Shown here piece after piece: positions 1 to 11,720 of a stretch of 64,000 bases of DNA. The position numbers and the translations under genes were made by a program. Location of the stretch: the NCBI RefSeq assembly GCF_018350175.1, contig NC_058368.1:45262001-45326000 (forward strand), written 5' to 3'. Position 1 is the first letter of the stretch. Each line of letters opens with the position of its first letter. This DNA comes from Felis catus. Its lineage: Eukaryota. Under the pieces are notes generated by a model. The model did no database searches. It saw only the letters and a list, made by a program, of their open reading frames with translations, and had not been told where the DNA came from.

Positions 1-124
1 AAGAAAGGATTATTTTTAATTTAACTTTGTGTCTGCAAGCAGGATGAGAGTTTCTGATACATAGCCTGTATTTAATGAATGCTTGTTAAAATATTGACAT
101 TGTTCAGTGTACAATTAATAATTT

Positions 125-290
125 AATACAGATTATCTCATTTTTCATTACAATAACCAAGCCAGATCAACATTTGTTCCCACATTTTAGATATGAACAA
201 ATACAAAGTGGCATGCTCAAGTTTACTCCATATAGAGTACATAAAATACTTGAGTCTGAATTAGTAAAGTGATTCTTCCAATCTGCCTGT
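125..290 (-). mobile_element. Degenerate MIR fragment
   Basis: 'attatctcatttttcattacaataacc...cccacattttagatatgaacaaatac' resembles the antisense MIR core. Confidence 0.45.
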
Positions 291-445
291 GATATACAGT
301 AAAGAGCATACACATTCTGGATGCACTTCTAGAATTGAAATCAGTGCACAACTAAATCCTTAATTGTGACTATTTGTACCAACAGATTTAGATTTTTAAG
401 ACACTCTCTAAAATAAAATTGTATTCAATATTTAATGGATTTACA

Positions 446-446
<1 letters not shown>

Positions 447-484
<38 letters not shown>
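447..484. repeat. (TA)19 microsatellite
   Basis: Direct inspection. Confidence 0.98.
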
Positions 485-488
<4 letters not shown>

Positions 489-616
489 ATATATGAAATT
501 TATTGTCAAATTGGTTTCCATACAACACCCAGTGCTCATCTCAAAAGGTGCCCTCCTCAGTACCCATCACCCACCCTCTCCTCCCTCCCACCCCCCATCA
601 ACCCTCAGTTTGTTCT
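489..616 (-). mobile_element. L1_Fc-type LINE-1, extreme 3' end (heavily 5'-truncated)
   Basis: Reverse complement reads agaacaaactgagggttgatgggggg...gatgagcactgggtgttgtatggaaaccaatttgacaataaatttcata, the felid L1 3'UTR terminus with AATAAA. Confidence 0.9.
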
Positions 617-3147
617 GTTTATATATATATATTTTTAACAGAAGTAACTATCAGTGATTTCATGATTGAGATAATGTATATTAAATAATTCTGACCACCT
701 TAAATTTGTTCTGCTTCTCCAAAATACATGAAAATGACCCTTACCATTTTTTGCCCTTATGCTTTTCTTTATGTTGTTCTTATTAAATGTTTAAATGTTT
801 CCTAAATGCTATTAAACTGTTTTTAATAGTATTTTCCCTCAAATATTAACCTTGATATATTTTCAATAGGGAAGGAAATATCTGATTTTTATATTTGTAG
901 TCTTGATTTAAAATTAAATATCTTCATTTAAAGAGATTCTTGGTAACATGCATTAGTGATCCATAATTATTATGGCGTCAGTCTAGATGAGGTCCCTTTT
1001 GGAGGTTTAGGGCTCTCTTTATCCTGTCACTGCAAAATCTGGTTAACGGCCATGGAGGAAATTAAACAAATAGGAAAACCAAAGGAACTGACCAATCAAC
1101 AATAAGATAGGGATCCAAGAATTCTCTAGCTCTTCATGTGCGAATTGCTACCTGAAAGCCATTTTTCTCATGTCTCCCGACATTGTTAACACGTATTTGC
1201 ACATTCCAAAATACTATCCCCACTCAATGGAATGATCACTATCTATTTTGATGCCAAATTTCATGATCATGAAACAAACCCAAATCCAGAAATGTCATTA
1301 GAAGAAATAAGAAAATTTCTATTTCCAATGATTTGTGATTGATAGTTTATAACTATTTTGTCTAATTCTATTTAATGTGAAATAAAATAGCAATGTATCT
1401 TTCTCTGCAGTGAATGTTTGCTCATCAAGGAAGCAGCAATGCACCTGTTGTCGTAACCTCAAGAGATAAATGACTTTGGTATCGTCTGGGTTGCCTTGCT
1501 TATCAAAATGAAAAACTAGACCGATAATAATGTATTAAAGATGAGTTCACAGGCAGAAGATTAGTCTGATTATCCATGCTCTCTGATATCTTTTTCAAAA
1601 CATTTATAAAATGTTTTTAAAGAGGAAGAAAAAAACCTGTAGCATTTTAGGCAGACTGAAAGACAACTACATAAACTCACTGTATCAAATAATGTATTGA
1701 TATCAGCTGGCTTATTGCAGACAACAGTAACATTCTTAGAAAATAGATGAAAACTACCCTAGTGCAGTTATGTTTCCACCTGGATCCCATTACACATGTG
1801 AGACAAAGTACAGATAAAGTAGCAGGTGTGTCTTTCCCCTGACCTCACAAAAGGCATGCAGTTAGTATTCTTTGGAAGGGAGAAAAGATAATTTTATGTA
1901 TAGAAGAATATATAGTAATGATAGCTAATAACAACTTTCTTTGGCGTTCTTCATTACTATTTCAGGAAAAAATTAACAGCACACAGGTACTATAAATATG
2001 TGGTTTAAAAATAAATGGTATGCAGGGTTCCAGAAATAACTATCTATGAGACTGCAGTATGTATGTCCTTGGGCTAATAAACAAACTTGCCTTTGACATG
2101 TACACAATCTCTCTATATTATATGTTTGGCAACTTTATGACAGAAAAAGTATGCATCTTTTATATAATGAACAGAAAATTCTTTGAGAGAGTTATAGCAG
2201 TGTATCTGGCAGTTAAAAATAAGAACTCTCTTTTTTTTCATATTTCATATCAGTTTATTTTGACAGCTATAGTAGCGGAGTCAAAGGTTTGATCACAGAT
2301 GTGTGGGCTGCATCCTCATCAAGTCCACAGTTTCTACTTCCCAGTGGATTTAGTGTCATTTCAATCAGAAAAGTGCCCCCAGACAAATGCAGTAATAAAT
2401 TGGAGATATCATTTTCCAGCCTTTTCTTATGCCAGGACTAGGCTGAAAAAGCTGGAAAGTGAGAAAGTAGAAATCATAATGAAAGGGATGGCATTAAATC
2501 ATCTACCTAGTGCATAGGTTATAAAGTGACCGAAAAGGAGAAGTTTCTTGGAAACAATTAGTGAATGACTGGACTTTTAATAACTATGGACTATGGATGA
2601 GAAAAAGTAGACATAAAAGATAATTTTACATTTTTATCTGCTTAATATGCTACATCGAGTTTACACAGATTCCCAATATAAAACAGCTTCAATTATCTAC
2701 ATACTAACAAAGCAAATAATAGTAAATCAACCATTTCCGTACAGACTTTTAATCCTAAATAGGCATTACTTATACTTTGGCTAACAAAATTTAATGGCTT
2801 TATTTCAGTAACTAAAAAAAGTTGCTTCTCTGAGAGTCGGTAAAAAGAATTCTTTGTTGGGATATTTTTCTTTATGGTTTTGGGAAATTTTTGTAAGGCT
2901 CATACTCACATTAAGTAAGTGCTAAATGTTTCTTAGTAGATGGTATGGCCAGTCAAGAATAGCAAGAACTTCGCATGGGTGTTGGATACCAATGATGTAA
3001 AGGGACCAGATAAAATAGCCTCAGGTTTTGTTTATGACATGAAGCATAAAATTGCAGAAATGGTTATTGATTCTTTATCCTGTGCAAGTTTTATAACATC
3101 ATTGCAACCCCTTCCCCCTCCCCCCCCCCACACATACACACATATAC

Positions 3148-3382
3148 CAGGGCTCTGCAAGTTCGTGCTGTTGGCATTTTGCTCTGGGCTGAATAGATTT
3201 TTGTTATGCATGACTACATTATGCATTATAGGTGCTTAAGGAGCATCCAGTGGCATCTATTTAGACTCTACCTGCTACACATTAGTGGCGCACCTCTCTG
3301 CCATTTGTGACAACTACAAATAAATCCATACTGCTAAATGTTGACAGGGGAGGGGGCAAAATGCCCTGGTTGAGGACCACTG
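3148..3382 (-). mobile_element. MER20 (hAT-Charlie MITE), near full length
   Basis: Begins cagggctctgcaa and ends ggcaaaatgccctggttgaggaccactg; collinear with the reverse complement of the MER20 consensus. Confidence 0.85.
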
Positions 3383-3761
3383 ACACAAATATACTCCTCA
3401 TATACATACCCACTTATATAGACATGCACACATGATATCTCCACTACCTCCATACACCCCGAAACACCCACAAATATATTTCCCACCCACGTTCACATTC
3501 ATACAGCCACACACACATGAATAGATACCTACACTCATATTTCCACATGTATATATGCCCCAATTCACATATATATAGGTCTATATATAAACACACATCT
3601 GTATGTACATAATACACATTAAGGAGTTATGTGTCAGTATATAATTCAGTCATTTAAGGAATATTATCTCTTACCTTGAACAATTTATTGCCATAAACCA
3701 AGGTTTTGCATTTTTCTCTTATTATCTGGGTGTACAGTTCCTTAAACAAGAGTAGATCTCA

Positions 3762-3980
3762 GCGGGCCTGGGTAGCTCAGTCGGTTGAGCATCCAACTCT
3801 TGGTTTTGTCTCAGGTCATGATCCCAGAGTCGTGGGATTGAGCTACATGTTGGGCTCTACACTGAATGTGGAGCCTGCTTAAGATTCTCTCTCTCTCCCC
3901 CCCTCCCTTCCCCTCTCTCTCCCTCTCTCTTTGCCCCTCTCCCAGCACTTGCACACTCTCCTTCAAAAATTAAAAAAAAC
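3762..3980 (+). mobile_element. CAN-SINE (older carnivore subfamily), inserted into an L2 3' end
   Basis: tRNA-like head, CT-rich tract and A tail; TSD AGTAGATCTCA at 3751-3761/3981-3991. The flank continues 'aaatatatttgttgaataaattaatga', like an L2 terminus. Confidence 0.93.
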
Positions 3981-4545
3981 AGTAGATCTCAAAATATATT
4001 TGTTGAATAAATTAATGACTGTTTTGTCTGATTTTGACATAAGCTAGGTCGTATTTTTACCTCTCCTATTTGTTGTTGTTGTTGTTGTTGCTGCTGCTGA
4101 AGGTACATACATGGCCTTTTAGAGGTTTATTTCAACCATGGCTTATAAGATATTCTTCTATTTTTCTTTAAATGAGTACTATACTGGGATGTTGATTGAA
4201 GTAACATATACAAAGATTGTATATCAGAAAACATTACTGTCTATTTGAATTTGAACAGACTTGAATGACACATGATGCCCAGATTGGAATGAATTGCACA
4301 CATAGTTCAGCTTTCATTTTATTATGACCAGAAAAAATGCAAACCTTGTATTGGTAGAGAAATACTGAAGTCAAATTGCTAGTATGATAGAATTTTAAAA
4401 TAGAATATGTTTACTTTTCCTCAGACTTAGGAATTATTGAACAACTTTTTACTCCAAAGGATATATGCTCTCCATTTGTATTCTATGAAGATTTGTCAAC
4501 TTTGGAAACTAGAAAATAAAATTGAGCAGAAAATGTACCCTGAAA

Positions 4546-4759
4546 TTTTTTTTGAAGTTTATTTATTTGTCTTGAGAGGAAGAGCATGAGTGGGGAAGGG
4601 GCGGACAGAGAGAGAGAGAGAGGAGAGAGAGAGTCTCAAGCAAGCTCCAGAGTGTCAGTGCAGAGTCCAACATGGAACTCAATCTCATGAACCATGAGAT
4701 CATGACCTCAGCTGAGATCAAGAGTAGGACACTTAACTGACTGAGCCACCAGGTGCCCC
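4546..4759 (-). mobile_element. CAN-SINE (SINEC_Fc family, older type)
   Basis: Poly-T, (AG)n tract, body ending cttaactgactgagccaccaggtgcccc. Confidence 0.95.
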
Positions 4760-4767
4760 ATCCTGAA

Positions 4768-4789
4768 TTTTTTTTAAGTTTATTTATTT

Positions 4790-4855
<66 letters not shown>

Positions 4856-5010
4856 AGCAGGGAAGGGGCAGAGAGGGAAGGAGAGAATCCCAAGCAGGTT
4901 CCATCCTCAGCACGGAGCCCCATGCAAGGCTCCATCTCATGAACTATGACATCATGACCCAAGTCGAAATCAAGAATTGGACTCAACTGACTAAGCCACC
5001 CAGGTGCCCC
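4768..5010 (-). mobile_element. CAN-SINE with expanded (AG)~24 tract
   Basis: Poly-T, long AG repeat, head ending gccacccaggtgcccc. Confidence 0.95.
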
Positions 5011-5084
5011 AGTATCCTGAAATTCTTAAGACAATTAATTTTTATGAAGAAATCTAGGTTAATTTGATCATTAAAAATAATTTC

Positions 5085-5180
5085 TTCCATTCATCAAACA
5101 CTGATTCAGTGTCACCTTGGTCAAAACGTTATGCAAGCCAGAGGTTTGTGTCCTCAAGGAGCTTACAAGTCATTGCTACA
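5085..5180 (-). mobile_element. L2 3'-end relic
   Basis: 'cattcatcaaacactgattcagtg...tgtcctcaaggagcttacaagtc' resembles the antisense L2 tail. Confidence 0.5.
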
Positions 5181-5752
5181 TGAAGACAATATGTGATTCT
5201 AAGAAATATAGGGAAAATGCTTAAGTACAAATACATTTGTCATAAAAATAATGGTAATTAAGTTCATAAATTGAATAATGACACAGGATTTTAGTAGTAG
5301 TGTTCTGTGAAGGAAATAAAATGTTATGAATATGTCAGAAAGATGATAAAGATGCATTTTCATGTGTCGTGGTTGAACTTGAGCATTTTACCTTCCAATT
5401 ATGTTAATATTATAATGGAATATAAATTTTTCAAGTAAGATTGATATTTGTATTATAATTCCTTTTTACAGGAGTAAATTACTAATTTAAATGTTGGATT
5501 TCAGGCTAATCAGTGACTTTGATGAGATTTTTTAACAAAGGAATTAAATTTTATTTATTATACACAAATATTCTCAGTCATAAATGATTCAATAACTATG
5601 TACTTCTTTGATAATTTACATTTCTATTATTTCTGAAGCTTGTATTTTATATCATTTATTCTTTATGTTTCCAATGGGTATCCTTATAGTCCCTTTAGTC
5701 ATGAATATATATCATATTGGCATGTTATTGAATAATTTTCTATAATTAATAT

Positions 5753-5845
5753 ATTGTATAAATTTTATTTATTGTATTGTATAAATTGTATAAATTTCTG
5801 ATTGTATAAATGTATAAATTGTACAAATGTATATTTGTATAAATG
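5753..5845. repeat. Degenerate (TTGTATAAA)n minisatellite
   Basis: About 8 imperfect copies of TGTATAAA. Confidence 0.85.
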
Positions 5846-5877
5846 TCTGATAATGACTTTCCAATAGTAAATTTAAA

Positions 5878-6089
5878 TTTTTTTTTAACGTTTATTTATT
5901 TTTGAGACAGAGAGAGACAGAGCATGAACAAGGGAGGGGCAGAGAGAGAGGGAGACCCAGAATCTGAAACAGGCTCCAGGCTCTGAGCTGTCAGCACAGA
6001 GCCCGATGCGGGGCTCGAACTCACAGACCGTGAGATCATGACCTGAGCCGAAGTCGGACGCTTAACCGACTGAGCCACCCAGGCGCCCC
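5878..6089 (-). mobile_element. SINEC_Fc2-like felid SINE
   Basis: Full body; perfect 18-bp TSD TCCAATAGTAAATTTAAA at 5860-5877/6090-6107. Confidence 0.97.
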
Positions 6090-6242
6090 TCCAATAGTAA
6101 ATTTAAAGGCTAAACACTGAAATATGACCATGGATATTTTTTCATGTGGTCATCTTTTTTCTTACAATGATTAAAGACCATCAAAATGTGAAAATAAGTG
6201 CATTTCATGCTTATTGTCTTTCGTAGATTGTTCATTACTTTT

Positions 6243-6462
6243 TTTTTTAATTTTTTTTTCAACGTTTATTTATTTTTGGGACAGAGAGAGACAGAGCATG
6301 AACAGGCGAGGGGCAGAGAGAGAGGGAGACACAGAATCGGAAACAGGCTCCAGGCTCTGAGCCATCAGCCCAGAGCCCGACGCGGGGCTCGAACTCACGG
6401 ACCGCGAGATCGTGACCTGGCTGAAGTCGGACGCTCAACCGACTGCGCCACCCAGGCGCCCC
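6243..6462 (-). mobile_element. Young SINEC_Fc
   Basis: Diagnostic gtggcgcagtc / gggctgatggctc / gtcccaaaaataaataaacgttg on the minus strand; CpGs intact; TSD GATTGTTCATTACTTTT at 6226-6242/6464-6480. Confidence 0.97.
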
Positions 6463-6722
6463 TGATTGTTCATTACTTTTAATTTGTGTGTAATAAGATG
6501 TCTGTATGAGTAAACTATTGTACAAATATATTTAGAGAAGTGAAATAAAAATGGTTAAAATAAAAAGGGAAACTTATAGAGTAAATAATAGCTCTTATTT
6601 TTTATATTCAGATATCCTTTGGTTTTTCTGAGTACTTTATTACGATCCTTAGAGATATTTAGATCTAGTAAATCAGAAACTAGTTAGGTTGGAAACATTT
6701 GTCTACATTATGCCTAACGGTA

Positions 6723-7201
6723 TGTGTGAGGCTGAATGATGGGCTCCCAATATGTCCATGTAATAACATCCAGAACCTGTAAAAACTATACGAAAAAAGA
6801 GACATTGCAGATGTAATTGACTTAAGGATCTTGAGACAGGGAATTATGCTGGATGATCTAGGTGGCTCAGATGTAGTCACAGAGATCCCTATAAGAAAGA
6901 AGACAATGTGCAGACAGAAGCAGATAGAGATTTGAAGAGCATGTGCCTCTCTGGCTTTTAAGATGTAGGAAGTGGAGATGAGTCAAGGAATGACAGGAAT
7001 GCACTTCTAGAAGCTAGAAAAGGCAAGGAAATACAGTTTCTTCTATCATCTCCAGAAGGAACATAGCGCAGCTGACATCTTGGGTTTAGGTCAACTCCAT
7101 TTTGGACTTCTGACCTCTGGGACTTAATATAATAAATTTGTGTTGCTATAACTCACTATGTCTATGGTAACTTACTACAGGAGCAACAGGAAATTAATGT
7201 A
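6723..7201 (+). mobile_element. MLT1D-like MaLR solo LTR
   Basis: Starts tgtgtgaggctgaatgatgg; contains gacattgcagatgtaattga, ctagaagctagaaaaggcaaggaaa and ttggacttctgacctc; ends aataaatttgtgttg...agcaacaggaaattaat. Confidence 0.88.
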
Positions 7202-7312
7202 AACTATTTCACATAAATTAAAATTAAATACATAATTTGACTTGAATAGCAAACAATAAATTGGCCTAGACAACACTACATAAAATGTTGATTTTTAGAA
7301 TATGAAACTTTA

Positions 7313-7474
7313 GGGGCACCTGGGTGGCTCAGTCGGTTAAGCATCCAACTCTTGATCTCAGCTCAGGTCATGATCTCACGGTTTGTGAGTTCAAGCCCCA
7401 CATCAGGCTCTGCACTTACAGCATGGAACCTGCTTAGAATTCTCTCTCTCTCCCTCTGCCCCATCCCACTCGTG

Positions 7475-7526
<52 letters not shown>

Positions 7527-7542
7527 TAAAATTAAAAAAAAA
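7313..7542 (+). mobile_element. CAN-SINE (older felid/carnivore type)
   Basis: ggggcacctgggtggctcagtcggttaag head, CT tract and A tail; degenerate TSD agaa(t/a)atgaaa(c/t)tt. Confidence 0.95.
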
Positions 7543-8660
7543 GAAAATGAAATTTCACATGCTACAATTTTGCTGTTTTTTATAAAGAGCTAAAGTCAGG
7601 GGTTTTTTGTTTGTTTTGGTTTGGTTTTTTCTTGTTTGGATATAAATGTAGATAATCAGTAATGATTTTTTAAATAAAATTTAGTAAATTAAAATTAGTT
7701 CACAAAGGAAAAAATCTTTCCTAATGTTACCTTTTGTTTGAGGGATGTGAAAAAGAATTTTTAAAAGGAAAATCCAGTATTCAAACTTATTTTCTAGAAT
7801 AAATATATTTTTAGATTCAGTAAATACATGCATGGACACAGCTCTTTCTCTGAAACTCACACCACATAAAATTAACTAATGTAATGGGTTTTAAGTAAAT
7901 AATTGTATCAGTTATTCAGACAGTGAAGAAACGTATAATAAAATCAAGTGGTTTCATTGCTTTTAATGAGTTAAGAACAAAAGTAAGCATCCTCACTTTA
8001 ATTGAACAGGATTTTCCTTTTCACATAATTCTTTTTTGGATGAGGCTACTTCTAGTTAATGATTCTCTCTCTGGGTCCACAGTTTTATCTGTGACAGGTC
8101 CCTATCCAGAGCTTGTAGCATAGATTTACAGTACCCTGTCAATTTGAAACACTGTACTTCTATTTCCATGGTCATCACCTTTTGAAACTCAATGAGTTTT
8201 CAGTTTTATTAGCCTCATTTCTTTCTTGGGTCATATGAATCTACTGAACTCTAGACAGTTGTTGAATATATCTGAAGAAAGTACTGCATTTTTCAGGTTA
8301 CAAGAAATTTGGGGTTGTCATAAATTCTGGATTACTTTATGGGGAAAACAATTGTCAGTTTATAGAATATATGAATATTTTGGTTTATTCTATATGTAAT
8401 CTACATATCTTATTTAGTATGAACATATATTTATATGCACACATTTTTTTCTTCTAAATTTTTTGTGTATACCTATATGTTAAATTGATTTCTATTTTCT
8501 GGAAAAAAATACCATTTTAGCTTTATATAGCCTTCAACATATCCTGTGACTATTTATAAATTTTCAGCAATTTTCTGGATCAATTCCTATTAATAATTAT
8601 GTATTTCTAAAATAATATATGATAACAATTTTTACAGCTAAATAATCAATGTCCAATTAC

Positions 8661-8869
8661 ATTTTTAAAAAGTTTATTTATTTGCTTTTTGAGAGAGGGA
8701 AAGAGAGCACAAGCCAGGGAGGGGCCGAGAGAATACCAAGCAGAGAACCACACTGTCAGTGTGAAGGCCATTGCAGGGCTCAAATTCACGAACCCAGAGA
8801 TCATAACCTGAGCCTAAACCAAGAGTCAAGAGTCAAGCGCTTAACTGACTGAGCCACCCAGACGCCACT
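8661..8869 (-). mobile_element. CAN-SINE (diverged)
   Basis: Antisense body; TSD ATGTCCAATTAC at 8649-8660/8872-8883. Confidence 0.93.
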
Positions 8870-9309
8870 TGATGTCCAATTACTTTTAAACATTGTACAT
8901 TGTATGTTAATGTTTAATTTCCCTAACTGGTCAATTTCAGCTAAAGACCTTGGGACACAAACTGAAATATTCTTCTTAAACCCAACTTCTAAGATCGAGA
9001 TTAGAATCATCCAGGCCCTGAATGGTGTGAGGTGTTTGAGTATGATATCATAATTTGAAAATAAGATACCATATGCAGAATCACTTAATAAAAGAAAAAT
9101 TTCATTCCCTGCCTTTCTTGATTTCAAGTACACTTCCTCAGTACAAAAACAAAAACAAGAACAAAAAAACCTGTGTGTGCAAAATGGAATAATAGAGGTA
9201 AGTTAGGTAAAAATGTAGCCACTAATGGATGACCTAAAAATGAGCTGTTGGCAGCACTAAATATTAGCAGCTGAGAGACGACATTAAATAGTACCCATTG
9301 ATAATATGT

Positions 9310-9565
9310 GCTACACAGTATTAAGAATGTAACCATATGAGTCAGACCACGTAGGTTCAAACTGGGCCATTTCTTGGCTTTATGAGTTTAGGTATATTAC
9401 TTAACCTCTCTAAAACTCAGTTCCTGTATCTATAAATTGGACACAATCTCAGAACTTAATTCAAGTTTGTTTAAAAATTAAGTGAGCTATTGTAATGCAG
9501 TTCATGTAGAACAGCTACTGGTAATTGTAAGAAAAAAAAACTGTATCAGTGTTTGCTATTATTAT
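9310..9565 (+). mobile_element. MIR
   Basis: gagtcagacc...ggttcaaa...ttacttaacctctct...ctcagttcctgtatctataaattgg core with a 'tgtttgctattatt' tail. Confidence 0.75.
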
Positions 9566-9908
9566 GAAAAACAGGCATCAATAAAACTTGCGTAACCTCA
9601 TGTTTTTGCATGTTCATGTGAAATACAGCCTCAGTGCTAAATGTTCAATTCACTGTGTACCTTAGATAGATATTAAAAGTAAAAGCACTTGGTTATATTT
9701 TAAATGATCCCCTAAAGCAACTATTTACTTAAATGAAAATATTCTCCCACAGAAAAGTTTATGTTTTTGCCTCCCTAAGGAAAAACTTGGGAGTAAATTT
9801 CTAGTAACAAAATCTGAAAACTCACAAATGTTCCAAAATTATACTTGAGGGGCTTTAAAATTTTAAAGTATGTCATCAATATGCAACTCAACATAGAATA
9901 TTGTCACC

Positions 9909-10100
9909 TTTTTTTTTATTCTCACTTTTTGCACATCTCCCGCCTGACCCTTCCCCACTGGCAACTATTTGTTCTCTGTATTTATGGATGTGTGCCTATT
10001 TTTTATTTGTGTGTTTATTCATTTGTTCTATTTTTTAGATTCCACATATAAGTGAAACTTTATGGTATTTGTCTCTGATTTACGTCATTTATCATACTTA
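9909..10100 (-). mobile_element. L1 3'UTR fragment
   Basis: 'ttttttagattccacatataagtgaaactttatggtatttgtct' is the antisense L1 ORF2-end/3'UTR motif. Confidence 0.85.
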
Positions 10101-10113
10101 TATTATGTGGGAG

Positions 10114-11044
10114 ATTAATGTATGACTAAGAAGACAAGAATGTGACATGGGAAAAATACAGTCTCTTCAACAAATGGTACTTGGAAAACTGGAAAACTAT
10201 ACGCAAAAGAAGGAAAGTAGACCATTCTCTTATAGCATACACAAAAATAAACTCAAAATGGATTAAATATCTAAACGTGAAGACATGAAACCATATGACC
10301 CCTAGAAGACAACACAGGAGGTAATTTCTCTGATATCGGCCATAGCAACATTTTTCTAGATATGTGTCCTGAGGCAAGGGAAGTAAAAGCAAAATTAAAC
10401 TATTGGGACTACATCAAAATAAAAAGCTTCTGCATAGCAAAGGCAACATCCAAAACTAAAAGACAACCTACTGGCTGGGAGAAGATATTTGCAAATAACA
10501 TATTCAAAAAAGGGTTAGTTTCCAAAACTTAAGAACTTAAACAACTCAACACCCAAAAATAAATAATCCAATTAAAAACAGGCAGAAGACATGAACAGAC
10601 ATTTCTCCAGAGAAAACATACAAATGGCCAAAAGACACATGTAAAGATGCCCAACATCACTCCCTATCCAGGAAATGTAAATCAACACTATAATGAGATT
10701 TCACCACACACCTTCAGAATAGCTAAAATCAAAACACAAGAATCAAGTGTTGGCGAGAATATGATGGAAAAGAAACTCTCCTGCACTATTGGTGGGAATG
10801 CAAATTGGTGCAGCCAATGTGGAAAACAGTATGCAGCATCCTCAAAAAGTTAAAAATAGAATTACCCTATAAACTAGTAATCACAGCACTGGGTATTTAC
10901 ACAATACAAAAATAATAATTCAAAGGAACACATCCACCCCTATGTTTATAGCACCATTATTTACAATAGCTAAATTATGGAAGTAGCCCAAGTATTCATC
11001 AACTGACAAATTGATAAAGAAGAGGTGGTACACACACACACGTG

Positions 11045-11088
<44 letters not shown>

Positions 11089-11493
11089 GGAATATTATTC
11101 AGTCATAAAATTGAATGAAATCTTGGTATGTGCAACAACATGGATGGAGCTGGAGAGTATAATATTGAGTAAAATAAGTCAGAGAAAAACAAACACCATA
11201 TGATTTCACTCATAAGTGGAATTTAAGAAACAAAATAAATGAGCAAAGTGGGGAAAAAGACAGAGACAAACCAAGAAACAGACTCTTAACTATAGAGAAC
11301 AAACTGCTGTTACCAGAGGAGGGTGGGTGGGGGGATGGGTAAAATAGGTGGTGGGGATTAAAGAGCACATTTATCATGATGAGCACTGAGGAATGTACAG
11401 AATCACTGAATCACTATATTGTACATCTGAAATTAATATTACACTGCATGTTAACTAACTGGAATTTAAATAAGAATTTGGAAGACAAAAAAG
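10114..11493 (+). mobile_element. Carnivore L1 (L1_Carn-like), 5'-truncated: decayed ORF2 C-terminus plus 3'UTR
   Basis: ORF2 motifs (cagtctcttcaacaaatgg, aaactcaaaatggattaaa, ggtgggaatgcaaattggtgcagcc); 3'UTR ending gaatttaaataagaatttggaagacaaaaaag; multiple stops and frameshifts. Confidence 0.95.
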
Positions 11494-11504
11494 ACATCAA
11501 AGAA

Positions 11505-11720
11505 AGATTTACTCTTTAGAAACTTTCAATATACAATAGAGTACTGTTAACTGCAGTCACCATATTGCACGTTACCTCCCCAGAATTTATTTATCTTATA
11601 ACTTGAATCTTGCCCTTTTGACCACCTTCACCAATTTCAGTCATCCCCTTCAACTCCCACCTCTGTAAACCATCAGTCCGGTCCTCTGTATCTATGAGTT
11701 CCTTTTTTTCTTAAGATTCC
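11505..11720 (-). mobile_element. Older L1 (L1MA/L1MB-like) 3'UTR fragment
   Basis: aactttcaatatacaatagagtactgttaactgcagtcaccat...ctctgtatctatgagttc...agattcc. Confidence 0.8.

Noticed and set aside
3762..3850. tRNA-like A/B boxes in SINE heads
   Set aside because: These are the tRNA-derived SINE promoters followed by SINE body and tail, not tRNA genes.
5896..6078. Recurrent 60-110-aa ORFs of the type MAQSVKRPTSAQVMIS...LCLSLSQK (also at 16380, 25539, 34115, 42876, 47926)
   Set aside because: These are translations of the CAN-SINE consensus, not a gene family.
9909..11493. Possible twin-priming inversion at the strand switch near 10100
   Set aside because: The antisense piece is 3'UTR sequence, not the ORF2 segment upstream of the + fragment, so these are separate insertions.
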